Notes under the pieces: model-generated
Told to the model about the DNA's origin: nothing
Database searches by the model: none
The model's input: the letters and a program-made list of their open reading frames with translations, nothing else
Program-made: the position numbers and the translations under genes
Source: Nitrospira sp. CR1.3
Lineage (GTDB): Bacteria > Nitrospirota > Nitrospiria > Nitrospirales > Nitrospiraceae
Direction: 5' to 3'
Assembly (NCBI GenBank): GCA_014055525.1
Contig: WIAH01000006.1
Span: forward strand, 38,104 to 70,103
Length of the DNA: 32,000 nucleotides
Part shown: positions 31,445 through 32,000 of the stretch, piece after piece
Layout: every line of letters begins with the position of its first letter
Numbering within the stretch: position 1 is the stretch's first letter

Positions 31445-32000
31445 GGTCGCCCCATAAAATGCCGCGCATATCGCGGATTCATGCGTGAGAGCGGAAGGAG
31501 CATCAGCAGGTCGGCGGAATTGAATTGCCGGTCCCAGGCCGGTGCCCCGCAGACGTAGGCTCCCAGTCTCACATAGCCTTTGATGAGCGGGGGTAAGGCT
31601 CCTATGGCCAGCGGATCGGCCGCTATAAACGGAAAGGGGACCCTGGGATATACGCGCCAATGGTCCGGACTGAGACAGCGATCCTTCAAACTGCGATATG
31701 CCGCGCTCGCCGTGCGTCCGCCGTCGTCCAGTTGGATACTCGCGCAGCCCATCAGGTACTCGTAACCGCGCGTCATCATGTATTGAGCGAGGCCGGACCA
31801 CAGTAATGTGATGACGGACCCTTGCCGATAGTCCTGACGAATGCACGATCGTCCGACTTCGACGAGTCGCGGTACCAATGGCTTGAGCCTGCTGAGGTCG
31901 AATTCGGACTCCGAATAGAACGCTCCGAATTCCTTGGCTCTCCAGGAGGTGAGAATCCGATAGGTGCCCACGACTTCGTCTCTTGTCGAATCCTTGACGA
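31417..32000 (-). CDS. olsB: Ornithine lipid N-acyltransferase (GNAT/hemolysin-like), 5' end beyond window
   Basis: ...DEVVGTYRILTS..., EVGRSCIRQDYR, LLWSGLAQYM, YLMGCASI and PPLIKGYVRLGA are typical of OlsB. The reading frame stays open to position 32000. Confidence 0.8.
   Translation of the reverse strand, partial: VKDSTRDEVVGTYRILTSWRAKEFGAFYSESEFDLSRLKPLVPRLVEVGRSCIRQDYRQGSVITLLWSGLAQYMMTRGYEYLMGCASIQLDDGGRTASAAYRSLKDRCLSPDHWRVYPRVPFPFIAADPLAIGALPPLIKGYVRLGAYVCGAPAWDRQFNSADLLMLLPLSRMNPRYARHFMGRPCLTESSAA

Noticed and set aside
31445-31846. 5' 134 codons of the 409-aa track ORF containing olsA
   Set aside because: This part overlaps olsB out of frame and is Arg/Ser/Gly-rich. Acyltransferase similarity begins after ATG 31444.
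1-32000. Search for CRISPR arrays, tRNA/rRNA genes, IS elements, integrases and known defence systems
   Set aside because: I saw no regularly spaced direct repeats, no cloverleaf-like or rRNA-like segments, and no transposase, integrase or defence-type ORFs. The only hint of mobility is the decayed fragment at 16160-16694.

Overview
GC-rich (roughly 60%) bacterial chromosomal segment. A Nitrospira-type chlorite dismutase and a signal-peptide-bearing truncated haemoglobin suggest a Nitrospira-like (Nitrospirota) genome; this rests on recalled similarity, not a search. I call about 36 protein genes. I recognised no rRNA, tRNA, CRISPR array or intact mobile element. The main theme is phosphate scarcity. 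Phosphate-related genes are a PstS-like binding protein (cut by the window start), a CHAD protein, an orphan OmpR/PhoB-type regulator with a degenerate receiver, a PiT transporter, an ankyrin-repeat::PstS fusion lipoprotein, Tat-exported PhoX, methylglyoxal synthase and a HAD phosphatase. A phosphorus-free-lipid toolkit is also present: a PlcP-like phosphoesterase, an Agt-like GT4 glycosyltransferase and olsBA. The best candidate for something undescribed is the minus-strand operon 20434->16695. It encodes a PlcP-like enzyme, then a 777-aa TM / class-III aminotransferase / Mpo1(DUF962)-like fusion, then a PEMT-type N-methyltransferase, and may make an N-methylated amino lipid. Other notable items are an orphan proteasome-beta/HslV-like Ntn hydrolase with predicted Ser1-Asp17-Lys33, two paralogous ~74-aa zinc-ribbon proteins around a DksA/TraR gene, and two recurrent intergenic cis-motifs. 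The cis-motifs are 11-bp-phased [G/A/T]TTA[A/C] direct repeats (Pho-box-like) and the exact 9-mer GTTACAGAA. All functional calls come from reading translations and motifs by eye; no database search was run.
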